Numbered from the stretch's first letter, positions 40,529-50,611 are shown. The stretch is DNA of 64,000 bases from Pseudomonadales bacterium (GCA_019090455.1 JAHRWA010000010.1:211366-275365); one strand, 5' to 3'. Program-made: numbers and translations. The notes: generated from the sequence alone by a model not told the origin.

Positions 40529-42226
40529 TTAGTTAACGCTCCATTGGGTATACCACGCAATTTTTGAATTCGCTTTGGTATAATATTCAGTTCCCGGTGG
40601 AACCATATCGACCACCAATGCCCACGCATCGCGCGCCTTTTGAGAGTTTACATATTCTAAACGCAACCCCTTGCGATAAAGTTGCTTCGATCTTAACTCT
40701 ACATTAGATATAGCAACTCTCGCCTCAATACTATCGCCCACTTCAAGCGCTTTCTTCCACAAATAATAAGCTTTATGATGATCACCGTTTTTCTTAGCCG
40801 TGCTCGCCTTATCAACAAATTCTTGCATGACGCGACTTATAACCTCAATGGCATAAACACTTCGTTGATTCGCTATGAAAACTTTCTTTTCTTTATCAAG
40901 AAACACTGTCCACAGATCAAAACCATCCCTCTTGTTCCCTGCTCTAAAAGAGTCATTCCCTTTTTCATACGCGCCATACAACCCTTCCAGCTGACGTCTT
41001 TTTCTCACCAATTTAGAAATAGTTTTTTTAAATATTCCTTTAAAACTTTGAGCCTCTCGGAGCTCTTTGATAACTTGGGGAGCTTCTCCTCGCAAATATT
41101 TCTTATCGGCTAACGATAACAATTGATTCGCTTTATTCTCAGCGACATTTGAGTGAAAAGGCACTTCCTTTCCAGCAGATATTGACTTCGGAGGACTAAC
41201 TTTTTCAGGCGCTAGTGTTCGCGGGCTTACATCCGCAAAAATAGTTTGTACCGGGGTTATATTCTCTGGTGGGGGTAGATTTACTGCTGAAAGCGCTTCG
41301 TCTAACTCATTATCCACCAAAAAAGCATAGGCGATAGACTCGTCTAATTTATTAGCCAACGGCGCGGCAGCATCAGAGCCATTTGAATCTACGTGCGTGT
41401 CAGCAACTACCGTCTCTGCATTTGGAATATCTTTTTCTACTTCAACAGCGGTCGCTAATATATTTGAACCCTTCTCCATGCCCACCCAATACTGAAACCC
41501 ACTCCATGCGCAAGCGGCCATAAAAATACTGCCAATGATCAACCCTGCAAGTTTTAATTTTGGTTTACTGGCTTTCATGTTAAAAGAAAAGCTTTTATCG
41601 GTATCTGGCTTTTCTATCTCCGGCTCTGGCTTTTTACCTTTTGCACCCACATTAGAAAATTTAAGAGAGGCGTCACCAATCTTAATTTCATCGCCATCCT
41701 CCAGCAGAACACGTGCCACTTTATATCCGTTAACTCTAATTCCATTTAGACTTTCTAAATCATTAACGACAAACCGGCCTGACTGATAAATCAATTCCAC
41801 ATGGCGGCGAGAAATTCCACGACCTTCCAACACTAAATCACAGTCAGCTGCTCGACCGATGCTAAATGGGAATTGCTGGATTGGAAACCGGTTACCTTCA
41901 GAATCAACCAACACCACCTGTTCCATGTCGGACATATCAAAATCTGTGATGACTTCGGTGTGATCCTCCTGCCACAAAACTGCGTCAGGCACTTTATCTT
42001 CTAGAAGTGAATCAAAATTCGGTAACTCGTCATTGGATACTTCGTCATTGGATACATCGTCAACTGCATTTAATCCTGCGGTCTCGAAGTCTTGCGCGAC
42101 TTGAGTGTTTAATGGCTTTTCATTTAGATCACGGTCCTGAGCGGTTTGATTTGGATTGGGAGACTTACCTGACTGCTGACCAGCCACTGGTGTCGACTCT
42201 ACAACAAATTCTGCATTATCAAACAT
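40529..42226 (-). CDS. FHA-domain membrane protein with periplasmic helical/TPR-like C-terminal domain
   Basis: 565 aa with an acidic N-terminus. FHA core FPFSIGRAADCDLVLEGRGISRRHVELIYQSGRFVVNDLESLNGIRVNG. Single TM helix (LAGLIIGSIFMAACAWSGFQYWV). Confidence 0.8.
   Translation of the reverse strand: MFDNAEFVVESTPVAGQQSGKSPNPNQTAQDRDLNEKPLNTQVAQDFETAGLNAVDDVSNDEVSNDELPNFDSLLEDKVPDAVLWQEDHTEVITDFDMSDMEQVVLVDSEGNRFPIQQFPFSIGRAADCDLVLEGRGISRRHVELIYQSGRFVVNDLESLNGIRVNGYKVARVLLEDGDEIKIGDASLKFSNVGAKGKKPEPEIEKPDTDKSFSFNMKASKPKLKLAGLIIGSIFMAACAWSGFQYWVGMEKGSNILATAVEVEKDIPNAETVVADTHVDSNGSDAAAPLANKLDESIAYAFLVDNELDEALSAVNLPPPENITPVQTIFADVSPRTLAPEKVSPPKSISAGKEVPFHSNVAENKANQLLSLADKKYLRGEAPQVIKELREAQSFKGIFKKTISKLVRKRRQLEGLYGAYEKGNDSFRAGNKRDGFDLWTVFLDKEKKVFIANQRSVYAIEVISRVMQEFVDKASTAKKNGDHHKAYYLWKKALEVGDSIEARVAISNVELRSKQLYRKGLRLEYVNSQKARDAWALVVDMVPPGTEYYTKANSKIAWYTQWSVN
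42027..42056. repeat. 15-bp tandem duplication (2 units, 14/15 identical) inside the FHA-protein gene
   Basis: tcgtcattggatact / tcgtcattggataca, encoding the VSNDE-VSNDE repeat in the acidic N-terminus. Confidence 0.8.
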
Positions 42227-42480
42227 AACGAATACCGCGAAGCCTAAGCTTTCTCTTAATTATTTATATTCTTATTTAAATTATTATAATTCTGATTAGA
42301 TCGAGATCCTAAGGTATAACACTGCCTCCAAGCGGATGCTGACATAAGCTCTCGCAATTCTCGCGTTGAATAGGACAGAATCGTAGCCATGGTCACACAT
42401 CGCTAGGGATTATACAATTTCAATCATGTAAAGTTTGATATCATGCGTGGCACTACGTGGATACAGCGCTGGAGGCATTA

Positions 42481-42804
42481 CTATAGCTCGAGCCTATCCC
42501 CTATTTGCAGCCCGTAGTACTCCACTCCTCCGGTAGCGAACTCCAACACACTGACACATCCCTTGGGGGCAATTGCAAAATAAAATGGCACTATATTTGA
42601 TTTAAATCCGACTATCACGTTTTCGGAATCCAAGAAAACAACATCTATAGAAAACAACATGCCGACAGTATGTATACTAGAACAAGGCCTTAACCATAGC
42701 GCCTCCTCCATGGGTAAATTGAATCGACCCAATAGCCCTCTCAATCGAGACCACCAACTATGTGCAATGGTTATTGTAAGTGCCTCAAATGAAACTACAG
42801 CCAT
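42481..42804 (-). CDS. DUF192 family protein
   Basis: 107 aa. The pattern SWWSRLRGLLGR...EALWLRPCSSIHTVGMLFSIDVVFLD is typical of DUF192 (COG1430). Confidence 0.6.
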   Translation of the reverse strand: MAVVSFEALTITIAHSWWSRLRGLLGRFNLPMEEALWLRPCSSIHTVGMLFSIDVVFLDSENVIVGFKSNIVPFYFAIAPKGCVSVLEFATGGVEYYGLQIGDRLEL

Positions 42805-42832
42805 AAGCTCAGATCTCCCGCCAATTTACCTT

Positions 42833-43774
42833 CTAAAGCAGTCTAGTCAAAAAGTCAGGCAAAACACCTGCATCTTGTAACCCAACAATAATGACAAACC
42901 CCACTAACATAAATATCAGCGGAAACAGGAACATCATCAGCGGCCCCAGCAGTTTTATCGGTGCCTTACCCGCCGTTTCTTCCGCCCTTTGAAACCTTTC
43001 TGTTCTGCGTTGTTCTGCCTGCCCCTGTAAAACAGTGACTACCTCACCGCCCGTTTCCTCAGCTTGATTTAATGTAGAAACAAAATTTCGGATTCCGACA
43101 CTATCCATTCTTTCAGCCATTTCAATCAACGCTTCATGTCGAGGTTTACCTGCTCTTAACTCACGTTCTAATCGACTAAAATCATCCTTAATCGGACCTG
43201 GGCTCAAACACGCTATGGACTGAGATAGGGCATTCGAATAGTTCAATCCTGCCCTCATAGAAAGAATGATCAAGTCCAACAAAAATGGAAACTCTTTTTC
43301 AATGCGAGTATGACGGAATTTAACTCTATCACGCAGCCAAATATCGGGGTAAGCGAATCCGACAATAACACCCAACACCAATATGACGAGAACCATCGTC
43401 GTTAGTGGCGAAAAATACCAGTAGAATAGAGATGAAACAATTCCAGCCACAACTAAGCAGACGTACCGTAGAGTGACTAACTCCTCAGGAAGCAAAGAAT
43501 AAAACAGTCCAGCTGAGCTTAATTTCATTTGAATTTGATCATATTTTTCTTGTCCCATGTTAACTTTCACATCCGCACAGAACAATTTCACTACAGGTTT
43601 AAAAACCTTATAGATTAATGGTGGGGGATCTCGCCACTCATCAATAGAATGTGCTCGGGCCTCTAACAATCGAACAAACACGAAATACAAATAGATAACC
43701 AGCAACATGGCCGACAAACCAAATAGCATCGCTACTAGGTAAAGTTCGCTATCAATTGAGCCCGAATCAAACAT
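42833..43774 (-). CDS. tadC: Flp pilus assembly inner-membrane platform protein TadC (T2SS F-family)
   Basis: 313 aa. Has the GspF-like TM-cytoplasmic-TM layout. Overlaps tadB by 8 nt and lies downstream of the tadA-like ATPase. Confidence 0.8.
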   Translation of the reverse strand: MFDSGSIDSELYLVAMLFGLSAMLLVIYLYFVFVRLLEARAHSIDEWRDPPPLIYKVFKPVVKLFCADVKVNMGQEKYDQIQMKLSSAGLFYSLLPEELVTLRYVCLVVAGIVSSLFYWYFSPLTTMVLVILVLGVIVGFAYPDIWLRDRVKFRHTRIEKEFPFLLDLIILSMRAGLNYSNALSQSIACLSPGPIKDDFSRLERELRAGKPRHEALIEMAERMDSVGIRNFVSTLNQAEETGGEVVTVLQGQAEQRRTERFQRAEETAGKAPIKLLGPLMMFLFPLIFMLVGFVIIVGLQDAGVLPDFLTRLL

Positions 43775-44642
43775 CTACATTCACTATTTTATTTATTGCA
43801 TATACAGCCAAACACATCATCACAAACATAATACTCAACCAAATCCGCCCCAGCTCCGTAGTGAACAATTTAGCCATCGCCGCCGGTTCTACTACGAAAA
43901 AAACACCTCCGACAATTAACGGCAACCCAATGGCAACCACAGCTTGGGCGCGCCCCATTGAAGTTAACGCTTTAACCTTTCCTTGCGCCTCAGCCTTGGC
44001 CTTAAGGGTTTTCGCGAGCATCTCTAAAGTTTCAGAAAGATTACCGCCCACTTCTCGGGATATTCTAATCCCCGAATTCATGAGTATTAGCTCCTCCCGA
44101 TTAATACGTTTTGCCAAATCATTCAATGAATCATTCAACTCATGCCCGACTCTATACTCAACCAAAACTTGAGCAAACTCAGAAGCTATCGGATCGGGTT
44201 GATTTTTCGAAATTTGGTTCAAAGATTTAATAAGATTCAATCCCGCTCGCAAAGAAGCCGAAAAAGAGACCAACGTATCCGGCAACTGTGCGACAAACTC
44301 ATCTGATCGCCGCTCACGCATACTTTGAAAAAGTAATTTTGGAGCCGCCAAAGTCGCAATCAAAACCGCCAAAGCACCCCAAACGCCCATAAACATATAA
44401 ACAATGGGAACCAGCACCACAATTAACCCGAGACTAACAAGAAACACCTGACTTGGATCTAGATAAATCAGTACATCCCGAAACCCTTTATCGACGAGGG
44501 TAACAAAGTTATTTCGGTAGATTGCAAAAAACTCAATTCCAAACCGTATCAATAGCAAAAAGACGATACCAATGGAAATCCCCAGCATAGCGGTGCCAAT
44601 GGCCAATGAATACTCAAATACAAATACAACTAATTCATTCAT
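43767..44642 (-). CDS. tadB: Flp pilus assembly inner-membrane platform protein TadB (T2SS F-family)
   Basis: 291 aa. GspF-like domain (LPDTLVSFSASLRAGLNLIKSL...). Lies immediately downstream of the ATPase. Confidence 0.8.
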   Translation of the reverse strand: MNELVVFVFEYSLAIGTAMLGISIGIVFLLLIRFGIEFFAIYRNNFVTLVDKGFRDVLIYLDPSQVFLVSLGLIVVLVPIVYMFMGVWGALAVLIATLAAPKLLFQSMRERRSDEFVAQLPDTLVSFSASLRAGLNLIKSLNQISKNQPDPIASEFAQVLVEYRVGHELNDSLNDLAKRINREELILMNSGIRISREVGGNLSETLEMLAKTLKAKAEAQGKVKALTSMGRAQAVVAIGLPLIVGGVFFVVEPAAMAKLFTTELGRIWLSIMFVMMCLAVYAINKIVNVDV

Positions 44643-44658
44643 ATCGCCTCCTTCGAAA

Positions 44659-46335
44659 CTAGCGCAGCTCGCCTATATTGGAGTTCCTATCTGCATCATG
44701 AGACTTTTTAAAAATAGAAGTGTCTAGCTGAACACCAGAAGCTGCCATCTCTCGATAAAACAGAGGAATGTTCCCAGTCGCAACGAACTCCCCCAGTACT
44801 CGGCCATCGTCTCTAACCCCGGTTTTTACATACTCAAATATCGGTTCTATATAAACCTCATCGCCCTCCATTCCCTGCACTTCTACGATACTCGTAATCC
44901 TTCGTGCACCGTCACTAAGTCGTGTCTGTTGAATAATAATCTGGATCGCAGATCCAATTTGTTCACGAATGGCCTGTAAAGGCAAATCCATCCCCGCCAT
45001 AAAAACCATCACTTCTAGACGGGCTAACATATCTTTCGGCGAATTGGCATGACCTGTTGTTAATGACCCGTCGTGCCCTGTATTCATAGCTTGCAACATA
45101 TCGAGCGCTTCTCCCGCTCGACACTCTCCGATAATAATGCGGTCAGGCCTCATCCTTAATGAATTAACCACCAATTCGCGAATGCTTATTGCTCCCTTTC
45201 CTTCCGCGTTAGCCGCACGAGATTCCATCGACACCAGGTTCGGCTGATTGAGCTGTAGCTCAGCCGCATCTTCGATTGTGACTATACGTTCGTCGTTGCC
45301 AATAAAATTAGATAATATATTTAGAGTCGTGGTTTTACCGGAACCGGTGCCTCCCGATACAATGATATTTCGATGGGTTGAAACGCAATTTTGTAAGAAT
45401 AAAGCCATTTCAACACTGCAAGTGCCGTAATTCATTAGATCTTCTACATTCAGCTTTTTCTTTGAGAATTTTCTAATGGTAATACAGGGGCCCACTAATG
45501 AGAGAGGAGGGATGACAGCATTAACACGAGAACCATCAGGAAGCCGAGCATCCACCATTGGTGAACTTTCATCTATCCTTCTACCCAAAGGTGCAACGAT
45601 TCTATCAATGACCCCCATCAAAGCTTGAGTACTAGTAAACTGAGTGCTTGATAACGACAGCTTCCCATCTCGCTCTACATAAATTTGATTTGGCCCATTG
45701 ACCATAACCTCAGTCACTTCATCATCATTCAGCAGAGGCTCTAGAGCACCCAATCCCACAGCTTCAGCCACTACTTGTTCAACTAAATCATTTTTCGTTA
45801 TTCCCGCAGGAATCATTTCTATCTTTTCTTTAATGATATCGACAGTAGCCTTTGTCGCCTCCACCCTTAACTCTTCTGGTGACATTAGCTGCAAATTAGC
45901 TCTCTTGCGTAAATCTAAATATTCTAATATCAGAGTGTGTATTTTCTTTTTTAGCGCAATGAGTTCTTCACTTTCTCCATGCGCCGCAGCAACCAATTCT
46001 TTACTCTCAGGCTTTAATAATGAGCGTAGCGCTTGGCTTACTTCAATCACTCTCACCACTAGAGTGAGTTCACCAAATTGAAGCTCATCTCCGACGTTAA
46101 ATTGTATTGGCTGACTGATACGACGACCGTTAAACCAGGTGCCATTCGTACTCGAATTATCCTCCAGGGTGCAAACTGATATTTCTACTTGTATCGTGGC
46201 GTGATGACGGGAAATCAGCTCATCATCCAAAACTACATCACAGTCTTCACCTTTGCCTAGGGTGTAACGCCCTTGAACCAAAACAAAATTTTTCCGGTTA
46301 CCTTGGCTGTCAATAACATCAAATTCAAACTTCAT
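44659..46335 (-). CDS. tadA: FHA-domain-fused Tad/Flp secretion ATPase (CpaF/TadA family)
   Basis: 558 aa. N-terminal FHA domain (YTLGKGEDCDVVLDDELISRHHATIQ...NSSTNGTWFNGRRI). VirB11/CpaF ATPase core with Walker A GGTGSGKTT, Asp box IVTIEDAAEL, Walker B DRIIIGECRGAEA-like and His box TGHDGSLTTGHANS. Confidence 0.92.
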   Translation of the reverse strand: MKFEFDVIDSQGNRKNFVLVQGRYTLGKGEDCDVVLDDELISRHHATIQVEISVCTLEDNSSTNGTWFNGRRISQPIQFNVGDELQFGELTLVVRVIEVSQALRSLLKPESKELVAAAHGESEELIALKKKIHTLILEYLDLRKRANLQLMSPEELRVEATKATVDIIKEKIEMIPAGITKNDLVEQVVAEAVGLGALEPLLNDDEVTEVMVNGPNQIYVERDGKLSLSSTQFTSTQALMGVIDRIVAPLGRRIDESSPMVDARLPDGSRVNAVIPPLSLVGPCITIRKFSKKKLNVEDLMNYGTCSVEMALFLQNCVSTHRNIIVSGGTGSGKTTTLNILSNFIGNDERIVTIEDAAELQLNQPNLVSMESRAANAEGKGAISIRELVVNSLRMRPDRIIIGECRAGEALDMLQAMNTGHDGSLTTGHANSPKDMLARLEVMVFMAGMDLPLQAIREQIGSAIQIIIQQTRLSDGARRITSIVEVQGMEGDEVYIEPIFEYVKTGVRDDGRVLGEFVATGNIPLFYREMAASGVQLDTSIFKKSHDADRNSNIGELR

Positions 46336-46351
46336 AAGTTATAACCTTCGA

Positions 46352-47719
46352 CTAATCAAAGATATCAAATCTTGTTTCTTCCCCAGCTTCACTGTTCAGC
46401 GATTTTGCATAGTTCAGCATCGATCGATTACGATCAGATTCGGGATCCGTTAAATAAGGAGTGACAAATACCACTAATTCCGTTTGATTATTGATAAATT
46501 GGCGAGATTTAAATAACTCACCAATAATCGGGATAGAACTTAAACCGGGAACTTTTTCAACATTTTTACCGTCTTCAGATGTGAGCATTCCTGCTACAAC
46601 CATGGTTTGACCTGACAACATATTCATTTCTGTTTGTGCTCGGTTCACCACAAATCCAGGAATCTCACGCACCTCGACTGTTGAGTCGATTCGACTAATT
46701 TCCACCTCTAGCTTCACGACAATATAACCTTCCGGATCAGCTGTCGGTTGCATATTGAGTATGACACCGACCTGCTTGAAAATGACCGTAGCCCGCCCAT
46801 CGCTATCAATTGACGGGATTGGGATTTCCCCACCTCCAAGAAACTCAGCGCTGGAGCCACTTCTAGTAATTAACTTCGGTTCCGCGAGTACTTTCGCGAC
46901 ACCCGAATTCACCATTAAGTTTATTCGCGAACTAAGAACAGAAACAGGAGATTGCACTTTCCCATCAATTATATTGGAGGAACTTAAAAAATCCTCGGAG
47001 TGAAATCCAAAAAAGCTGGAGCCTTTATCAAAGTTACCCGCACCTCTGATATCACCCAGCACAGCAAAACTGGGTCCAATTGTTGAATCCTCCCAATTCA
47101 CACCAAACTCTTTTAAACCCGTTTTCCTCACTTCAAGTACCTTTACATCCAACATAATCATGGAACGTAGATTGACAGCAGGCCTTGCCACATTAAATAT
47201 TATTTTCCCGTCAGTAATCTCCTGACTAAATTTAGCTTTCATCTCCTCAATAATACCCATATCGAAGCTCCGTATCACTCGCCCTTCTACAAAGATAATA
47301 TTGTTATCCGCTCTCGCTTCCACACCCTCGACATCAGAAAGAATCGCCTTCGCTACGGTGAGAGTATCTCGCCAGGAATCATCAACTACCTTCAACAAAT
47401 ATCGGACCTCCGCTTGACCGTTGGTCCAAACTCGCAAATCGGTCACTCCTTCCTTGAGGCCCGTTAAAAGTACTTCATCGGGTGCCGTATTACGTACATT
47501 TGCAACATCTGGATGACCAATAGAAACTCTCGTTACACCCGGATAAGGAAGGATTTTAGTTTGCCCTTGTACGATAGTAATAGTTTTACGATACCCATCA
47601 GCAAAACAAACCTGACCACATAAAAAAATTAGAGACATGCAATATAAAGCAACACTCAAGGACCGAGTCAGATTGTTTCTCAGACTAATTAACAACAAGC
47701 TAGAATCAACGTATTTCAT
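46352..47719 (-). CDS. rcpA: Flp pilus secretin RcpA/CpaC
   Basis: 455 aa with a signal peptide. C-terminal secretin domain (VPGLSSIPIIGELFKSRQFINNQTELVVFVTPYL). Confidence 0.9.
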   Translation of the reverse strand: MKYVDSSLLLISLRNNLTRSLSVALYCMSLIFLCGQVCFADGYRKTITIVQGQTKILPYPGVTRVSIGHPDVANVRNTAPDEVLLTGLKEGVTDLRVWTNGQAEVRYLLKVVDDSWRDTLTVAKAILSDVEGVEARADNNIIFVEGRVIRSFDMGIIEEMKAKFSQEITDGKIIFNVARPAVNLRSMIMLDVKVLEVRKTGLKEFGVNWEDSTIGPSFAVLGDIRGAGNFDKGSSFFGFHSEDFLSSSNIIDGKVQSPVSVLSSRINLMVNSGVAKVLAEPKLITRSGSSAEFLGGGEIPIPSIDSDGRATVIFKQVGVILNMQPTADPEGYIVVKLEVEISRIDSTVEVREIPGFVVNRAQTEMNMLSGQTMVVAGMLTSEDGKNVEKVPGLSSIPIIGELFKSRQFINNQTELVVFVTPYLTDPESDRNRSMLNYAKSLNSEAGEETRFDIFD

Positions 47720-48516
47720 TATGACTTACCACCAGCAATGATCTCAAAACCAAAACGACGCTCAATATCAGGTTCCATCATAATTTCCTGCTTAATTTCC
47801 ACTAAGTTATCAATCGTGATGTAGTTACCCTCCACACTATCTTCACCTATCTGATCTGATCGTAATAAAATCCGTATTTCTCCTAGCGCCTGAGCGTGAA
47901 CCAACCGAGTGGCATCTGTCAGAGTAAGCCCGACCGTAATTTCCTTAAACATTCTTTCGTTTTTCCTTATTCGATCATTGATTCTTTCCCCCGCCGCCAG
48001 GACTTTAACCCGAGTCAAAAGTGGCACCGTTCTTTCTCTATCGCCATCCGCAACCGTCACTAATACATCAATAAAGTTTCCGGGCTCGAGAAAGCCCGAT
48101 ATGGCATCCAAAGTGCTCACGTCAATGGTAATCGCTCGCTGCCCATCTTCCAGTAGACTGGCAAACCCACTATATTGGCCTTTTGAAATATGAGAGCGTA
48201 ACAAGGCATCACCGGCCTTTAATGGATTTATGATTTGAGCCCCCGCAATTAAGCTATAACCTGAAGGTGCAAAAACATCTGACTGAACAAACTGCTTTGG
48301 TACCTTGCGTGCTTTCACTGTATCTTTGGAAACAAAATCTCCTACTTTTAAATCTTTTTTCGCGACAATGACGGCTATCATCTGCTGTCCGGCATTGAGA
48401 GCGTCTTTATGAGTCTTTACACTGCGATCAATATAACTACCCGCTAGCATCCAGCCAACACCACCGGTCAAGATCGCACCGATCAGCAATATTATTGTTA
48501 ATCTATTTGATTTCAT
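47719..48516 (-). CDS. cpaB: Flp pilus assembly protein CpaB/RcpC
   Basis: 265 aa. N-terminal TM anchor, SAF-like segment (VIVAKKDLKVGDFVSKDTV) and RcpC-like C-terminus. Its stop overlaps the secretin start. Confidence 0.85.
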   Translation of the reverse strand: MKSNRLTIILLIGAILTGGVGWMLAGSYIDRSVKTHKDALNAGQQMIAVIVAKKDLKVGDFVSKDTVKARKVPKQFVQSDVFAPSGYSLIAGAQIINPLKAGDALLRSHISKGQYSGFASLLEDGQRAITIDVSTLDAISGFLEPGNFIDVLVTVADGDRERTVPLLTRVKVLAAGERINDRIRKNERMFKEITVGLTLTDATRLVHAQALGEIRILLRSDQIGEDSVEGNYITIDNLVEIKQEIMMEPDIERRFGFEIIAGGKS

Positions 48517-48616
48517 TGTTATTGCCGCTCAAAAATGGAAATGAATACAATGCCTAAAACTCAACTATCCAAGTCAGCCTGGGGAAGAGATCAGAAGTAG
48601 TTAAATTGATAAAAGT

Positions 48617-48862
48617 TCAGGGTGCCATCATATTATCTTTGAAGTTCTTTTCATGAATATTGATAGCTTCAACGACGCTGGTTTTATTGATATTATCAGT
48701 TGCACTGATGCCTGACTCACCTTCTAACATCGTTCGGTGAATATCATTATCACTTGCTGCTAACATGGCAATACCCGCCGATCCAGCCAACAATCCCAGC
48801 ATGACAACTAGGTGCTCAACCATCATCTGCCCTGCATGATTTTTTTTATTTTTATATTTCAT
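48617..48862 (-). CDS. Possible second Flp-type prepilin (divergent)
   Basis: 81 aa. NHAG|QMMVEHLVVMLGLLAGSAGIAML fits the Flp processing motif G|xxxxE(Y), with His replacing Tyr, followed by a hydrophobic helix. Confidence 0.45.
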   Translation of the reverse strand: MKYKNKKNHAGQMMVEHLVVMLGLLAGSAGIAMLAASDNDIHRTMLEGESGISATDNINKTSVVEAINIHEKNFKDNMMAP

Positions 48863-48892
48863 TTTTTTCTTATCATTTAGTTACGAGAATCG

Positions 48893-49654
48893 TTATTGCT
48901 TATTCATCCAATTGACCAAAATTTCCGTTTCCCTTTTATTGCTTGCCTGCGGGAAAAATGTAATTTGGATGTGCTCCGCTCTTCTTTGGTATTGAATTTG
49001 TCTATAATGCACTCTTACGCTTGAATTTTCTATAGGTGCTATCGATAACGCCCAACCATCGCTCTGTAATTGATTTTCTACATAATATGTTGCTGAATTC
49101 ACAGAACGCCGTGATGCGATTGTGAGAGTTTCGGATCGGCGCCCTTGATCCAAATATTCCATCTTCTTCATTAGCCTGCTATTCGGTGGCATTGGAAAAT
49201 CAGTTTTCTGTTTCCGTGTGTTCTCTGAATTGGGTATTTCCGACACCGTGAGTCTACCAATCACTACCTTGCCATCCTTATGAAACTGTACGGAATAATA
49301 ATAACCATTCAATTCATACCCCAGAATTGTATCAAACCCCAAACGCTGCTCTGTTGTTTTTCCGTGTCCTTTTGTTTTCCATCGAGAGCGATAAAATTGT
49401 TTTACGGAGTCTTCCGATCCTAAGAACTTGAATTCTTTGATACTCATAGGCAACCCATTTATCGCCATTGTTTCAGCGATCCACTGGGAAGTAGCGCCAG
49501 GGATTACATCAAGCGAGGGCAAAGATCTATTGAGTGGGTCGGAGGAAGCCAGTACCGATGTAGTACTGGCTAGGGTACAAAATAGGATTTGCAGGAGGAG
49601 TATTGCAACTCTTAAAAAAAATTTTTTACCTTTATTAATGATACTTCGCACCAT
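48893..49654 (-). CDS. Hypothetical periplasmic protein within the Tad locus
   Basis: I chose the internal ATG at 49654 (MVRSIINKGKKFFLRVAILLLQILFCTLASTTSVLASS, a signal peptide). The track's longer ORF to 49723 overlaps the upstream gene by 32 nt. No named domain. Confidence 0.5.
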   Translation of the reverse strand: MVRSIINKGKKFFLRVAILLLQILFCTLASTTSVLASSDPLNRSLPSLDVIPGATSQWIAETMAINGLPMSIKEFKFLGSEDSVKQFYRSRWKTKGHGKTTEQRLGFDTILGYELNGYYYSVQFHKDGKVVIGRLTVSEIPNSENTRKQKTDFPMPPNSRLMKKMEYLDQGRRSETLTIASRRSVNSATYYVENQLQSDGWALSIAPIENSSVRVHYRQIQYQRRAEHIQITFFPQASNKRETEILVNWMNKQ

Positions 49655-49691
49655 TCTACAACCGGCATTTAATCTACAAAATATAATTTCT

Positions 49692-50588
49692 TTAGTTAGG
49701 CACCAGTTCTGACAGATCTTCATTCGTCATATTATAATCACCAGCAGCAGCACTTCCTAACTCAGGCATAAGATAATCGAATACATCTTCGTATGCTGGA
49801 TCATCTCGAACAATGAGGCCCGACTCAACACCTTTCAGAATTGAAACGTCACTTGGAATATCTCCAATGACAGGAATATAACCAGTCATTGGAGTAATAT
49901 CGTCAAGAGTTTCATTATCCAATGGCACCGCTCCGCTAACACGCTGACGAAGCTGTTCCTCGTCTAAAGGAGTCCAATTATCCGTTATTATCCCCCCTCT
50001 TGACCTCAAATTAGCAACAGGAGTCGTGTAATGGTTATCCGAATGCCAACCCTTACCATTTGAGAGATTACTATTTCCAATACGAATCAAACGAGCTTGA
50101 TAGCTTAGATTAGATTCTACATACCCCACACCCGACTCTTCGAGATTTAACATACTGTTATGTTGAGTCATCCAATCCGCCGCATTGCTAATATCGGGAG
50201 CTGGAGCCGGCTGATAGTTTGAGTCTCGGGTTAATCCGGAGCTTGCTTCCGTACCCGCATAAAGAGCCAACTCCTCTCCATCGGCAACAAAAAAAGGGTG
50301 ACTGGCATTCCACAATGGATTTATTTTATCGATGATCACCGACATTCCGTTGAGCGGATCTTTATAAAACCTCGATCTTATTTCAGATTCAGGAACTGCC
50401 TGCCGACCAACTACGCGCTCCCATGACACATACCGACTCACTTGATGCACACTATTTTGCATATCAAAAATCGCAGATAGTCCTTGCATCATAATGACCA
50501 TCCCCACAAGAATAAAGCAAGCGGTTAATACAAACTCAGTCATAGCTTGACCTCGCTGCCTAATCCCACCCTCTCCACTAATTCTCAT
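49692..50588 (-). CDS. TadE-like pseudopilin
   Basis: 298 aa. The N-terminus RQRG|QAMTEFVLTACFILVGMVIMM matches the TadE/Flp-type prepilin motif (G|xxxxEF plus a hydrophobic helix). Confidence 0.7.
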   Translation of the reverse strand: MRISGEGGIRQRGQAMTEFVLTACFILVGMVIMMQGLSAIFDMQNSVHQVSRYVSWERVVGRQAVPESEIRSRFYKDPLNGMSVIIDKINPLWNASHPFFVADGEELALYAGTEASSGLTRDSNYQPAPAPDISNAADWMTQHNSMLNLEESGVGYVESNLSYQARLIRIGNSNLSNGKGWHSDNHYTTPVANLRSRGGIITDNWTPLDEEQLRQRVSGAVPLDNETLDDITPMTGYIPVIGDIPSDVSILKGVESGLIVRDDPAYEDVFDYLMPELGSAAAGDYNMTNEDLSELVPN

Positions 50589-50611
50589 ATGAACACTCGC
50601 CTATTCGCAAT

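Noticed and set aside
43756-44172. 138-aa plus-strand ORF
   Set aside because: It is antisense to tadB and tadC, so it is a shadow ORF.
45698-46081. 127-aa plus-strand ORF
   Set aside because: It is antisense to the FHA-CpaF ATPase gene, with a Ser-rich shadow translation.
48028-48043. TGGCAC-N5-TTTCT sequence resembling a sigma-54 promoter
   Set aside because: It lies on the plus strand inside the minus-strand cpaB coding region and the -12 element deviates (TTTC instead of TTGC). Other TGGCA(C/T) hits (for example 42444, 52766) also lack a proper -12 box.
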